64,000 nt of DNA from positions 672,001 to 736,000 of the forward strand of contig CBDCRP010000002.1 in assembly GCA_965221165.1 (NCBI GenBank), written 5' to 3'. The position numbers were made by a program, and so were the translations under genes. Of the stretch, positions 51,294 through 60,973 are shown in pieces. The notes beneath the pieces were generated by a model. That model made no database searches. It saw only the letters and a program-made list of their open reading frames with translations, and was not told the origin of the DNA. Position 1 is the stretch's first letter; the number at the start of each line of letters is the position of its first letter. Source of the DNA: a bacterium (lineage in GTDB: Bacteria; UBA8248).

Positions 51294-53179
51294 CAGCGCA
51301 TTCCCGACCCGTCTTTTTTCCATAATTCAGAATCGGGCGAGGAGAAAATATCCACCCATTCCGAGCGCCAGCTTTTACTGCGCCTGTAATAACGATTCGC
51401 GAATTCATCGACGGCCTCTCGCGTGCGGCCATCCTCCCACCATGAATCGATATCGGGCCAGATGCCGTTCAGATGCCTCGCCGCGCTCTCGGCGGATGAA
51501 TGATGCACATTCACGTCTGAGAGTTTTTCGAGGCATGATTTCGCATGAGGTGAAATTCGCCAGGCGTTTTCCCCCCCGAAGAAGATGGTCGGAATACCCG
51601 CCGCCATCGTGAATGCCGCCGTCGTCCCCGGACGATCGAGAACACAAACGCCGCATCCCGATAACACAGGCGACAGCCTGCTCGGCATGTATCTCACCAA
51701 TTTTCCGCGAAGGATTTTTAGTTCAGGATATCTCTTTTCCAGGTAGGCCTGATCATATCGATTGTTCCTTCTGCGCATATAAGGCCTGTACCACAAGGCG
51801 GAGCGAAGCTCCTCGCCCAGATGCTCGATAAAACTCACCTTCTCCATCATGTACGGCGGTATGTCTTCGGGGAGAGCGTCCGCCGCCAACCATTTCAGAT
51901 AGGGGGTGAGTTCGGAACTGACCAAGATGATGGATGCGCTCCGCTTTTTGCTCCGCTTCATTTTTGAAAGAAAAGGAGAGGCCGCCGGCATGGCGCTTAC
52001 CCGATAATCGGATTGACGCTTCCAACCCCATGATACGAACCGATCGGCCGTCTCATACTCCGCAAGATGATGCCAGGGCGCAGATTCAATTAAACCGTAG
52101 TTTCCCCCATGCTGATTGATGACCAGCCTTACGGGGCGTTTTTCGAGGAGAGCGGCCACATAAAAATTCGACTGATCGTCATTGCCCAGATGGCCATAGA
52201 CGATGGTATCCATCCAGGGTGCCGTCGCTTTTACTTTTATGAGCGCTTTTTTCTCGTTTTCCAGAAAATGTTCCGTGAATATCTTCGGCATCATCTCCAA
52301 AGCGAGTGCATCCAGAACTTTCAGGAAAATTCCGGCTTCCGCAGCGGCGATGTCCTGAATCGATTGGAGTTCTTCGACTACATTATCCTTGGTGATATTT
52401 TCATTTTCCGCTTCGGATATTTTCTGAAACGCTTTTGCGGCCTCCTTCCAACGCCTCCTGTTTCGAAACAGCATGCGCAAGGAAATATACAAGGCATCCA
52501 GCGGACTCAAACCATGCACTTTATGAAATTGCACGCATCCCGGATTAGAGGATAGGATGCTCGCCCAACGGTATACCTCCATTTTTCTTTGCACTTTCCT
52601 GAATATGGCGTAGTTCTCCGTTGCAAACGAGCCAGGGGGACGGCTGGCGGAAAAATACGCATCTTCCGGGGCGGGCGCACCATCGCTCATGACCCACCCT
52701 TGCGGTTTGTATGCGCGGAGAAATCTGCTGAAAATGAGCCGATTCAGCGGATCGTCAATTATCATCTGATTAAAATGGGGCGTCGTGATGGATGAGAGGC
52801 TTTCATCCTCAGGAGAGATATATACGAGATACCGAACACCGCTCCTTACCCGGTTCCTGACGCGCAAAAACCGCTCGAATGAGCACATGACCAAATGGAG
52901 AAGCCATGGCATCAACAAGATGCGCCAGTAGCGATTCGAATAAGAACGCTTGTGTCTTTCGTTTTGCTTAAAGGCCAATCTTGCAATGTAAAATTCACAA
53001 ACCTTTTCCAGCTTTCGCGAGACGAGGCGGACCTCTTCGCTTTTGAGCGTCGGCTCGATTCCGTATTTTCTCCAATCCCACTCAAAAAACTGAGACTCCG
53101 GAAGTGACCAGGGGCCCAAATGCTCGGCCTGTCGCTCGTTCGGGATGGAATCGATTTTCGTCAGGATCAACTGTTTCAT
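51293..53179 (-). CDS. LIC12162-family putative transferase
   Basis: HLGPW, YWRILLMPWL, NQHGGNYG, FVSWGW, GIPTI; surface-glycan context. Confidence 0.7.
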   Translation of the reverse strand: MKQLILTKIDSIPNERQAEHLGPWSLPESQFFEWDWRKYGIEPTLKSEEVRLVSRKLEKVCEFYIARLAFKQNERHKRSYSNRYWRILLMPWLLHLVMCSFERFLRVRNRVRSGVRYLVYISPEDESLSSITTPHFNQMIIDDPLNRLIFSRFLRAYKPQGWVMSDGAPAPEDAYFSASRPPGSFATENYAIFRKVQRKMEVYRWASILSSNPGCVQFHKVHGLSPLDALYISLRMLFRNRRRWKEAAKAFQKISEAENENITKDNVVEELQSIQDIAAAEAGIFLKVLDALALEMMPKIFTEHFLENEKKALIKVKATAPWMDTIVYGHLGNDDQSNFYVAALLEKRPVRLVINQHGGNYGLIESAPWHHLAEYETADRFVSWGWKRQSDYRVSAMPAASPFLSKMKRSKKRSASIILVSSELTPYLKWLAADALPEDIPPYMMEKVSFIEHLGEELRSALWYRPYMRRRNNRYDQAYLEKRYPELKILRGKLVRYMPSRLSPVLSGCGVCVLDRPGTTAAFTMAAGIPTIFFGGENAWRISPHAKSCLEKLSDVNVHHSSAESAARHLNGIWPDIDSWWEDGRTREAVDEFANRYYRRSKSWRSEWVDIFSSPDSELWKKDGSGMR

Positions 53180-53327
53180 GCGTCCGGATAGAGCACTTTC
53201 TCACGCCCTCGTCACATACGCGTACGGCGTGAACGGAGTTACGGCACGAATGGCCGCCCCCCAAGGCGCGCGTTAAACACCCTCGCGCCGCTCGACTTGA
53301 CGGGAAAAGAATTCCAACATTTATGGC

Positions 53328-53405
53328 TGGCGTCCCCAAGGGGATTCGAACCCCTGTTGCCGGCGTGAAAGGCCGGTGTCCTGGGCCAGGCTAGACGATG
53401 GGGAC
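53328..53405 (-). tRNA. tRNA-Glu (TTC)
   Basis: GTCCCCATCGTCTAG...CTTTCAC...GGTTCGAATCCCCTTGGGGACGCCA; cloverleaf with encoded CCA. Confidence 0.97.
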
Positions 53406-53502
53406 AAGCAAAATCCATGAGGGCCGGTAAGCGAAGTCCCGAACCTTCAAGGGGTCGATTTATACTGGTTTTCGGGCCGGAAGTCTATACTGCTCCGCCA
53501 CT

Positions 53503-54372
53503 TCAAACGCGCAAGACGACGAGGATCACCCCGCTCACGGTGAGGGCAGCTCCGGCAGGCTCGCGCCAGGTGATGGATTCGACCCTCCTGAGGAAAATCA
53601 CGCTAAAAAGCACGGTGAACAAAGGGCTCGTCTGCACCATCGGCACCACCCTGAAAACCTCGCTTTTCTGCAAAGCGGACATGAAAAGAAAAATTCCCAT
53701 CCCTGCCGCTATGCCGCCCAGCAGATACGGCCAAAACGCTTGTTTCACGTCACCCGCATCCTCTTCCCGTAATGCATAGAGGGTATAAGCGCCCACCACG
53801 ACGAGAGCAGCGGCGGCGCCTATCATCGAGGCGGCAAGTGCGCTCGGGAAAGCGACCACGCCTTTTTTCCAGGACATGGCTCCAAACCCCGATATCATCG
53901 CCGCGAACACCGGCCACCGGGCGTCCCAGCGGCTCCATCGTCCTCCCGTCTTTCCCGATACGAGCAACACGATGCCGCCCACCACGAACAAAACGCCCAT
54001 CAGGTGGTACCAGGCAGGGTCTTCTCCCAGAAAAATGAGCGCCAAAAGGGCGGCGAATATCGGGGACATCCCCTTAATCGGCGCCGCGCGCGACACGCCG
54101 ATCCGGTGAATGCCGATCAGGAAAAAGATGAGGAAAAGCCCCGGGTTGCAGGTTCCGCCGAGCATCACCCACAGATAATGCGCGCCCATTTCCGGGAAGG
54201 AAGAGCCCAGCAGGACGACCAAGGGAATAAAAAGAACCAACTCCCCCACCAGCGTGATGGTGGCGCCCACGAAATGGTTGGCGTACTGCAAACCCTTGCG
54301 CGCGAAGAAATCCGCACAGGTAAAGGACAGCGCCGCGCCCAGAGCGAATAGAACAAATGGCTCAATCAACAA
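53503..54372 (-). CDS. DMT/EamA family transporter
   Basis: About 10 TM; IGVSRAAP, SPIFA, FLGE, TSPLF. Confidence 0.88.
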   Translation of the reverse strand: MLIEPFVLFALGAALSFTCADFFARKGLQYANHFVGATITLVGELVLFIPLVVLLGSSFPEMGAHYLWVMLGGTCNPGLFLIFFLIGIHRIGVSRAAPIKGMSPIFAALLALIFLGEDPAWYHLMGVLFVVGGIVLLVSGKTGGRWSRWDARWPVFAAMISGFGAMSWKKGVVAFPSALAASMIGAAAALVVVGAYTLYALREEDAGDVKQAFWPYLLGGIAAGMGIFLFMSALQKSEVFRVVPMVQTSPLFTVLFSVIFLRRVESITWREPAGAALTVSGVILVVLRV

Positions 54373-54435
54373 GATGCGATTCTCCGCTCGATAGGCAACG
54401 CACGAAATATCTTTTCCAAAGACCCTTTGAAAAAT

Positions 54436-55641
54436 CTAGGCGAGGTATTTCTCTGAATTTCCCAAGAACTCGACCACGGCCTGCGCGAAGACGCTCACGC
54501 CGACAGGCAGCGCGTCCTCATCCAGGTCGAACCGATCGGAATGCAGGCCGTGAACGAACCCTTTTTCTTCGTTCGATATGCCCACGCGGAACAAGGCGCC
54601 GGGCCGCTTCTCCGCCATGTAGGAGAAATCCTCGGCTCCCATCGAAAGAGGCATCTCCCTCACGTTCTCTGCACCGAGGATCTGAACACCGGCGTTTTCG
54701 ATGAGCGCGGTGGCCGCCTTGTGGTTCACCAGAACAGGATATCCAGGCGTGATTTCCAGGTCGATCTTTACGTCGAAGGCCTCGGCCACCCCGCGCGCCA
54801 CCGCACGCACGCGCTCGGCCACCTTCGCTCTGATCTTCGGATCGTGCGTACGGATGGTGCCTTTTATCCTCGCATCGCGCGGCACGATGTTGAAAGCAAC
54901 TCCGGACTCGAACGTCGTGATGGAGAGAACGGCGGACTCGAGAGGACCAACATTTCTGCTCACGATGCTTTGAAGCGCAGTCACCAGATGGCAGGCGGCC
55001 ACCAGGGCGTCTTTGGATTTGTGGGGATACGCCGCGTGTGAACTTTCGCCTCTCACGTAAATCTGAAGTCTGTCCCCCGCCGCCAGCGAAGGCCCCGACC
55101 GCGTGCCGATGTGTCCCGCCGGCATATCGGGCCACACGTGCGCGGCGATGAGGAGATCGACCCGGGGTTCCTCCAGAACGCCTTCTTCCACCATTCTCTT
55201 TCCGCCGGCCTTGCCCTCCTCCGCCGGCTGAAAGATGAATTTGACGTTGCCGCCCAAACCGTCGAGCCAATTCTTGTTCTCGGAAAGCAGGCGAGCCGCG
55301 CCCAGCAGCATGCTCACGTGAGCGTCATGGCCACAGGCGTGCATTTTTCCCGGCCGGCGGCTCTTGTAGGGCACGTCGTTGGACTCATCGATGGAGAGCG
55401 CATCCATATCGGCGCGTATACCGATGGTGTGGCCGGGGCGTCCCGTTTCGAGCAGGCCTACCACCCCGGTTTCCGCGATGCCGGCGTGCACGTCGAGCCC
55501 GAATCTCTCGAGATTCTCCACGATGAGGCGGGAGGTTTCATGCTCTTCATAGCCGAGTTCGGGATTCATATGAATGGTGCGCCTGGTTTCCGAAAGCCAT
55601 GCTTGCAGCGCCAGGGAGGCATCCCGTATCGACTGAGACAT
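54436..55641 (-). CDS. M20D amidohydrolase
   Basis: HMNPELGYEE, RADMDAL, MHACGHDAH, FQPAEEG, GAEDF. Confidence 0.92.
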   Translation of the reverse strand: MSQSIRDASLALQAWLSETRRTIHMNPELGYEEHETSRLIVENLERFGLDVHAGIAETGVVGLLETGRPGHTIGIRADMDALSIDESNDVPYKSRRPGKMHACGHDAHVSMLLGAARLLSENKNWLDGLGGNVKFIFQPAEEGKAGGKRMVEEGVLEEPRVDLLIAAHVWPDMPAGHIGTRSGPSLAAGDRLQIYVRGESSHAAYPHKSKDALVAACHLVTALQSIVSRNVGPLESAVLSITTFESGVAFNIVPRDARIKGTIRTHDPKIRAKVAERVRAVARGVAEAFDVKIDLEITPGYPVLVNHKAATALIENAGVQILGAENVREMPLSMGAEDFSYMAEKRPGALFRVGISNEEKGFVHGLHSDRFDLDEDALPVGVSVFAQAVVEFLGNSEKYLA

Positions 55642-55873
55642 ATCATCAGACCTCACGATTTCGCTTCACCCATCCCGACATCATACCCGGCATTGAAAAT
55701 GAATCTTTTCCGGCAAACCTCGGAAGGCTTTTCCTGCAGTGTTGTCAATGAAGGCTAGATATCACAAACAAAGGAGATAAACCAATCCTTTGACCGATTT
55801 TGCATTTACCGGCCCGGATGCGGTTCTTATCAGGCAGGAGCAGTTCGTTGTGATGTGGGTTTAATGGCGGCTC

Positions 55874-56293
55874 TTATGCCACTTGCCAAGGATTGACGAT
55901 ATCGAGGTCCAGTCCATCGAAATCCCCCGTATTCCGCGTCGCAAGCGAGAGCTCGTGGGCTTTGGCCGTCCCGGCAATCAGCGCATCGCCCAAGTGCAGC
56001 ACCCGGCCCGAGTGATGCGCCTTACCCCGCAGTCGAGCAGCCCATTCAGCTTCCAAACGCTCCAAAGCCAAGATGCGATCTTCGAACTCGACGACGAAAT
56101 CGGATATGAACCGCCGCAATCTGTCCTGACGGCTTCCCTGAGGAAGGAGTTGCAAGCCGAACTCCAATTCATGCACCACGACCGAGGACACCCACAACTC
56201 CTGCTGCTCCGACAGAAACGCGATGACTCTCGGGTCCGGCGAGGCTTTCGTCAGTTCCGATACCACATTGGTGTCTATGAGATAACCGCTCAT
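55874..56293 (-). CDS. vapC: VapC PIN-domain toxin
   Basis: YLIDTNVVSE, DALIAGTA, LATRNTGDF; ATGA overlap with antitoxin. Confidence 0.9.
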   Translation of the reverse strand: MSGYLIDTNVVSELTKASPDPRVIAFLSEQQELWVSSVVVHELEFGLQLLPQGSRQDRLRRFISDFVVEFEDRILALERLEAEWAARLRGKAHHSGRVLHLGDALIAGTAKAHELSLATRNTGDFDGLDLDIVNPWQVA

Positions 56294-56568
56294 TCGATAT
56301 CCGGCACCAGGACCGGAATCTCGCGCTCTGGTTCGCGTCGATCCGGGATTTCGAGATTGTCCCCACGGGGCGTATTCTCGACCAGCCACTGACCCAAGGG
56401 CTTGCGATCCGACGTATGGGTACGCCATAGGCGTTCCGGGGCCACAACGAACGCCTTTCTCGTACCGATTCGCTGCGGCCCTTCCTCCTCGGCAAGACGC
56501 AGGATTTCCGAAAGGCGCGCTTTCGCCTCGGCGACGGTCCAGATACGGCTGGGTTTCGAATTGACCAC
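56290..56568 (-). CDS. Phd/YefM-family antitoxin
   Basis: WTVAEAKARLSEILRLA..EGPQRI. Confidence 0.85.
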   Translation of the reverse strand: MVNSKPSRIWTVAEAKARLSEILRLAEEEGPQRIGTRKAFVVAPERLWRTHTSDRKPLGQWLVENTPRGDNLEIPDRREPEREIPVLVPDIE

Positions 56569-56593
56569 GGCTAAGACTCCTCATGACAATAAA

Positions 56594-56616
56594 ATATAGT
56601 CTAATATAGACCATAT
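56594..56616. promoter_or_regulatory. Putative antitoxin operator
   Basis: Imperfect palindrome ATATAGTCTA-ATA-TAGACCATAT upstream of the TA pair. Confidence 0.55.
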
Positions 56617-56723
56617 CAGATAATCTGTCAAAAAAAGCGAGGAGTTACCGCCGCGGAAAAAATGAAAACGCAGAAACGACACTGAACATCAAAACGCGCC
56701 CGGAACCATGACTCACTACAACG

Positions 56724-58400
56724 CTAAAAATCATCCGCAGAGAATTCGGGCCGCTCCCGCAATATCGCCTTAATATCCTCTCTCTTGTGTTTACGGGTGG
56801 TGGTTCTGGGCAACTCCTCCTCAGGCCAGAGGAAAAAAGCGGCCACCCTCTTGTAATCCGCCAAATGCGCGCTCAGGCGCTTGAGTTCGGAATCGGCCAG
56901 GACCGCGCGTTGCTCGTCTTCTTGCGGTAAATCGGCTTCTGGGTTCATCACCACTACGGCGAATACCTCTTCGCCGCCGCGAGGCGTTTTCCTGCCGAGG
57001 ACGCACACTTCCAGAAACCACTCGCTCTCCAGAAGCTGCTCCTCCACCTCTTCGGGATAAATGTTTTTGCCCGATTCGGAGACGATCACGTTTTTGGAGC
57101 GGCCGCATATCGTGAGGTAGCCATCCGCGTCCAGACGGCCGATGTCTCCGGTATGAAACCACCCATCCCGCAAGACCTCCTCGGTCATCTCCGGATTCTC
57201 GAAATAGCCCTGCATCACGTTGGGCCCGCGGATCAGGATTTCCCCTTCTCCCTCGTCCGCGCCCTCCACGGGTTCTATTCGCGCCTCCACCTCCGGTATG
57301 GGCGGACCGACGGTTCCGATTCTATTCGGCGCTCCCTGAGGATTCGCATGGGTGACGGGGGAGGTTTCCGTCAATCCGTACCCCTGGACCACCTCTATTC
57401 CCAAAACGAGCAAATCCCGCGCGATCCTCGGGTCGAGCGCGGCGCCTCCACTCGCAAAATAGCGCAGATTCTCGCCGAGATTTTTCTTCACCTGGGAAAA
57501 CAACAAACCCCCGACGCGAAAACCCATGGACAGACAAATCCCGGAAATCCCGAAAAGGAGCTTAAAAACGATTTTCTTCGCTCCGCTCAGCGATTCCACG
57601 TTCGACATGATTCGCTTGTGGATGAGCCGCGCCAGCGCCGGCACCATCAGGCAGATGGTGATGCCCTCGTTTTTCATGGTCTCCGCGAGGAGGCGCGGGT
57701 TCAGGGACGAGAGGTAATGCACCCGGGCGCCGGCCGTCAGCGGTATCAGGAAACCGCCCGTGCACTCGAACATGTGGTGAAGCGGCAGAATCGAGAGAAA
57801 AATATCGCTCTCCCCGGCATCGAACGGTACGAGCACGGCGCGCACATTGGAGGTGATGTTCCCGTGAGAGAGCATCACTCCTTTGGGAGTTCCCGTCGTT
57901 CCCGATGAAAACGACACCAGCGCGAGATCGTCCGAGCTTCGTTCGGCGCCCGGCAGGACATCCAGCGCCGTGGTGGGGGGAATCTCTCGATCCTCATCAA
58001 AACGCAACACCTCGGGGGTCGATGAGACATCTCTCGCCAGCGCCCTGGCGCGCTCTTCCTCCCGGGCGTCCGTCACGACGCAAACGGGCCTGGCTTTCTC
58101 CAGAATGTTCGCGAGTTCTCCTTCTTTCAGGTTCACGTCCAACGGCACGAGAACGCCGCCGGCAAGCAGCGCCCCGAAGTACCCCACCGCCCATTCGGGT
58201 TGATTCGGCGCCAACAGGGCGACGAAGTCCCCAGGCTTCACTCCCGCATCCATCAGTTCACGGGCCAAGGCGGCCGCTTCGCCGCAAAGTTTCCTTCTCG
58301 TGAGCGCCACCCTTCCGCGTCCTTCCACGTCGCCTTCGAGAGCGACCGAGTCGGGAAATTTCGTAGTTGCTTCTTTCAGGAGATCAATTAGCGTATCCAC
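56724..58400 (-). CDS. Long-chain acyl-CoA synthetase (AMP-binding)
   Basis: FSSGTTGTPKGV, QGYGLTETSP, FHTGDIG, GKNIYPEE. Confidence 0.9.
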   Translation of the reverse strand: MDTLIDLLKEATTKFPDSVALEGDVEGRGRVALTRRKLCGEAAALARELMDAGVKPGDFVALLAPNQPEWAVGYFGALLAGGVLVPLDVNLKEGELANILEKARPVCVVTDAREEERARALARDVSSTPEVLRFDEDREIPPTTALDVLPGAERSSDDLALVSFSSGTTGTPKGVMLSHGNITSNVRAVLVPFDAGESDIFLSILPLHHMFECTGGFLIPLTAGARVHYLSSLNPRLLAETMKNEGITICLMVPALARLIHKRIMSNVESLSGAKKIVFKLLFGISGICLSMGFRVGGLLFSQVKKNLGENLRYFASGGAALDPRIARDLLVLGIEVVQGYGLTETSPVTHANPQGAPNRIGTVGPPIPEVEARIEPVEGADEGEGEILIRGPNVMQGYFENPEMTEEVLRDGWFHTGDIGRLDADGYLTICGRSKNVIVSESGKNIYPEEVEEQLLESEWFLEVCVLGRKTPRGGEEVFAVVVMNPEADLPQEDEQRAVLADSELKRLSAHLADYKRVAAFFLWPEEELPRTTTRKHKREDIKAILRERPEFSADDF

Positions 58401-58487
58401 ACGCGTTTCCTCCCACCTCTGCCCGCAGGAAGGCTCCCGGCGGGTCGAACGAGGTTAATCATCACTGACTCCATAGAGCTGCCCAGG

Positions 58488-59279
58488 CTAAATCAAACGT
58501 TTTCTTACCTGCCATGCGGCGAACTCTCCCGCGAAAACCAGCGCGATGATGGCCAACACCAGCACGCCCGACTTCTGCCACTGAAACTGTTTGACATACA
58601 AGAACACGTAAAAACCCAAGCCCCCCGCGCCGACCAGGCCCAAAATTGTGGAATCACGCAAATTCATCTCGAAACGAATGGCTAGATGCGCGACCATCTG
58701 AGGCAAAACCTGGGGAATCAGCCCATGTTGGATGACCTGAACGGACGAAGCGCCCGTCCCCTGCAACGCGAGCAGGGGTTTGGGGTCCGTCGCCTCGATT
58801 TCCTCCGCCACGAACCGGCCGAGCACCCCGACCGAGTGCACCGCCAGCGCCAACACTCCGGGGAAGGGACCGAGGCCCACGGCGGAGACGAACAACAAGG
58901 CGAGAAGCAGCAAGGGTATGGAGCGGACGAACGCCATGAGCGCCTTGATGGGCAGGTGCACCCAAACCGGCGTCCAGTTCGACGCCGCCAACACACCCAG
59001 TGGATAAGCAAACAGAGCGCCCAGAAAAGTGCCCGCGATGGTGGTTTGCAGCGTTTCGATCGCCGAGGTCAGCAAAACATCCCAAACCGACCAGTCCGGC
59101 GGCGTCATCCGGCCAAAGAAATGAAACAGCTGGGGAATCCCACGCCAGAATTGCTTGAGTGAAAACTCAGAACCTTGAAAGGACCAGAATAAGAGTGCGC
59201 TAACCGCCAGGAAGAGGCTGGCCCTGGTAGCCATACGCCCAGGTGAAAGCACTTCTGCTTGCTCTCGCTCCGTTCTCAT
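58488..59279 (-). CDS. phnE: PhnE/PtxC-like ABC permease
   Basis: RSIP, VGLGPFPG, FEMNLRDSTILGLVGAGGLG. Confidence 0.88.
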   Translation of the reverse strand: MRTEREQAEVLSPGRMATRASLFLAVSALLFWSFQGSEFSLKQFWRGIPQLFHFFGRMTPPDWSVWDVLLTSAIETLQTTIAGTFLGALFAYPLGVLAASNWTPVWVHLPIKALMAFVRSIPLLLLALLFVSAVGLGPFPGVLALAVHSVGVLGRFVAEEIEATDPKPLLALQGTGASSVQVIQHGLIPQVLPQMVAHLAIRFEMNLRDSTILGLVGAGGLGFYVFLYVKQFQWQKSGVLVLAIIALVFAGEFAAWQVRKRLI

Positions 59280-60045
59280 TCACGACTCCGTTCGTTCCCA
59301 TGAACTCATAGATTTCACATATCTTATCATTCGAGAGAGAATCCGAAGAACCATCCCATGTGATTTTTCCGTTTTTCATCGCGAGAACCCTATCGGCATA
59401 TTTCCGCGCAAGTTCCGGAAGGTGGAGGCTCATCATGAGCGTCAGTTGATAGGCGTCGCAAACCGATACGAGAAGATCCATGATATCTTCGGCCAGCGCG
59501 GGGTCCAGGCTCGATACGGGCTCATCGGCCAGCAGAATCGCCGGCTCCTGCGCCAATGCCCGGGCAATGGCCACGCGCTGCTGCTCCCCGCCGGAGAGCG
59601 TGCGGGCAAAGCGGCGTTGCTTGTCGTCGAGATGCACCTCGTGAATGGCCTGTGCGCAGATTTGCAAATCACGCTCCGAGCAGACCCCCAACATGCTTTT
59701 CAGCAAAGACACATAGCCAAGCCTTCCGTGATAGACGTTTTGCCAAACGGTCTCCCGGCCTATCAGGTCGAAATGCTGATGGATCATGCCGATATGCCGA
59801 TGGTGGGCTTTCATCTTTTGCGGCTCCTTGATGGGAAAAACATCCCCCATCACGACCACTTGACCCTCATTGCAAGACACATAGCCCTTGAGCATCCGCA
59901 TCAGGGTCGTCTTGCCGGAACCGCTGTTGCCGATGATGGCCACTCTCTCTCCACGAGAGATGTCGAGATGATCGATGGAAAGAATCGTCCGTCCCCCCAT
60001 CTCCACGCGCGCATCTTCAATTTGGATGACCACTTCTTTCGACAT
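59200..60045 (-). CDS. phnC: PhnC-like ABC ATP-binding protein
   Basis: [43 protein letters not shown]. Confidence 0.88.
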   Translation of the reverse strand: MSKEVVIQIEDARVEMGGRTILSIDHLDISRGERVAIIGNSGSGKTTLMRMLKGYVSCNEGQVVVMGDVFPIKEPQKMKAHHRHIGMIHQHFDLIGRETVWQNVYHGRLGYVSLLKSMLGVCSERDLQICAQAIHEVHLDDKQRRFARTLSGGEQQRVAIARALAQEPAILLADEPVSSLDPALAEDIMDLLVSVCDAYQLTLMMSLHLPELARKYADRVLAMKNGKITWDGSSDSLSNDKICEIYEFMGTNGVVNENGARASRSAFTWAYGYQGQPLPGG

Positions 60046-60049
60046 TTCC

Positions 60050-60973
60050 CTACTCCTTCAAAAAGCCATACTTTCGAGCCAAATCGGCCACCGATCGATA
60101 ACTGCTGTGGTCGACCCTGATGTAACCATCCGTTCCGTAAAGAGCCCGCAGCAACCCACGATTCTCGGGCTGATTCATCTTCATCATCGCCGCAATGAAT
60201 TTTTGCCTGGTTTCAGGCTCCAGCCCCCCCCGGACCACCACATTGTGGCTGGGAATTCGTGCGGATTGCTTGATGGCGACGATTTTGTCCCGCTGCTCGG
60301 GGCGGAGAAGATTGAGAGCGTATTGGCTGACGCCGGCGGCATCGACGAAGCCGCCGAACATCGAGTTGATCGCCTGTTGATCTCCCCCGGCGAAATATAC
60401 TCTTCGGAAAAACCCGCCCTCTGGTTTTCCCACTCCCCCGTTCACGAGGCCGGAACGAACAAAAATATCGTGGGGATACATGAAGCCGGAACTCGAAATA
60501 GGGTCGACATAAGCGATGGTTTTGCCCTTCAGATCGGAGAGCTTTTTGATACCGCTGTCCTTGCGCACAAAAATCCGGGAATAATAATAGGGCTTCCCGT
60601 CGTATATCTCACCAAGAACCGCTTCGACCCCCGAATACTTGTTCGCCAGGACATAGGGCAGCGGAGACATGAAGCTTACATCCGCCTTTTTCGAGATCAT
60701 GGCCTCCACTGCGGCCGAGTAGTTCAAGGTGATGAAATAGCGAACCTTGCGCCCCATTTCTTTTTCCAGGAAGTTCATCGCCGGCTTCACGTTGCTGATG
60801 AGTTTCTCGGGATTCTCGAGCGGAATGAACGCGACCCGAAGTTCTCCATCTACCGCCCGGGCAGGAGGCGAAGCAAACAAAATCATGGAGAAGGCGAGGA
60901 GAGCCGCTCCCGCGAAACCGACACCAGGCGCTTTCGACAATAATTTGCGTATGAAACGCATGGCGTTGTTCAT
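60050..60973 (-). CDS. phnD: PhnD/PtxB-like substrate-binding protein
   Basis: Signal peptide, LRVAFIP, YSAAVEAM, DLKGK, DPISSSGFMYP. Confidence 0.82.
   Translation of the reverse strand: MNNAMRFIRKLLSKAPGVGFAGAALLAFSMILFASPPARAVDGELRVAFIPLENPEKLISNVKPAMNFLEKEMGRKVRYFITLNYSAAVEAMISKKADVSFMSPLPYVLANKYSGVEAVLGEIYDGKPYYYSRIFVRKDSGIKKLSDLKGKTIAYVDPISSSGFMYPHDIFVRSGLVNGGVGKPEGGFFRRVYFAGGDQQAINSMFGGFVDAAGVSQYALNLLRPEQRDKIVAIKQSARIPSHNVVVRGGLEPETRQKFIAAMMKMNQPENRGLLRALYGTDGYIRVDHSSYRSVADLARKYGFLKE

Noticed and set aside
31160-53405. Integrative island at tRNA-Glu
   Set aside because: No integrase and no duplicated tRNA 3' end seen; adjacency alone is insufficient
58488-60973. Canonical phosphonate or phosphite utilisation operon
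   Set aside because: No phnGHIJKLM, ptxD or phnX in the window, and the binding-site His appears replaced; phn names kept only as family labels
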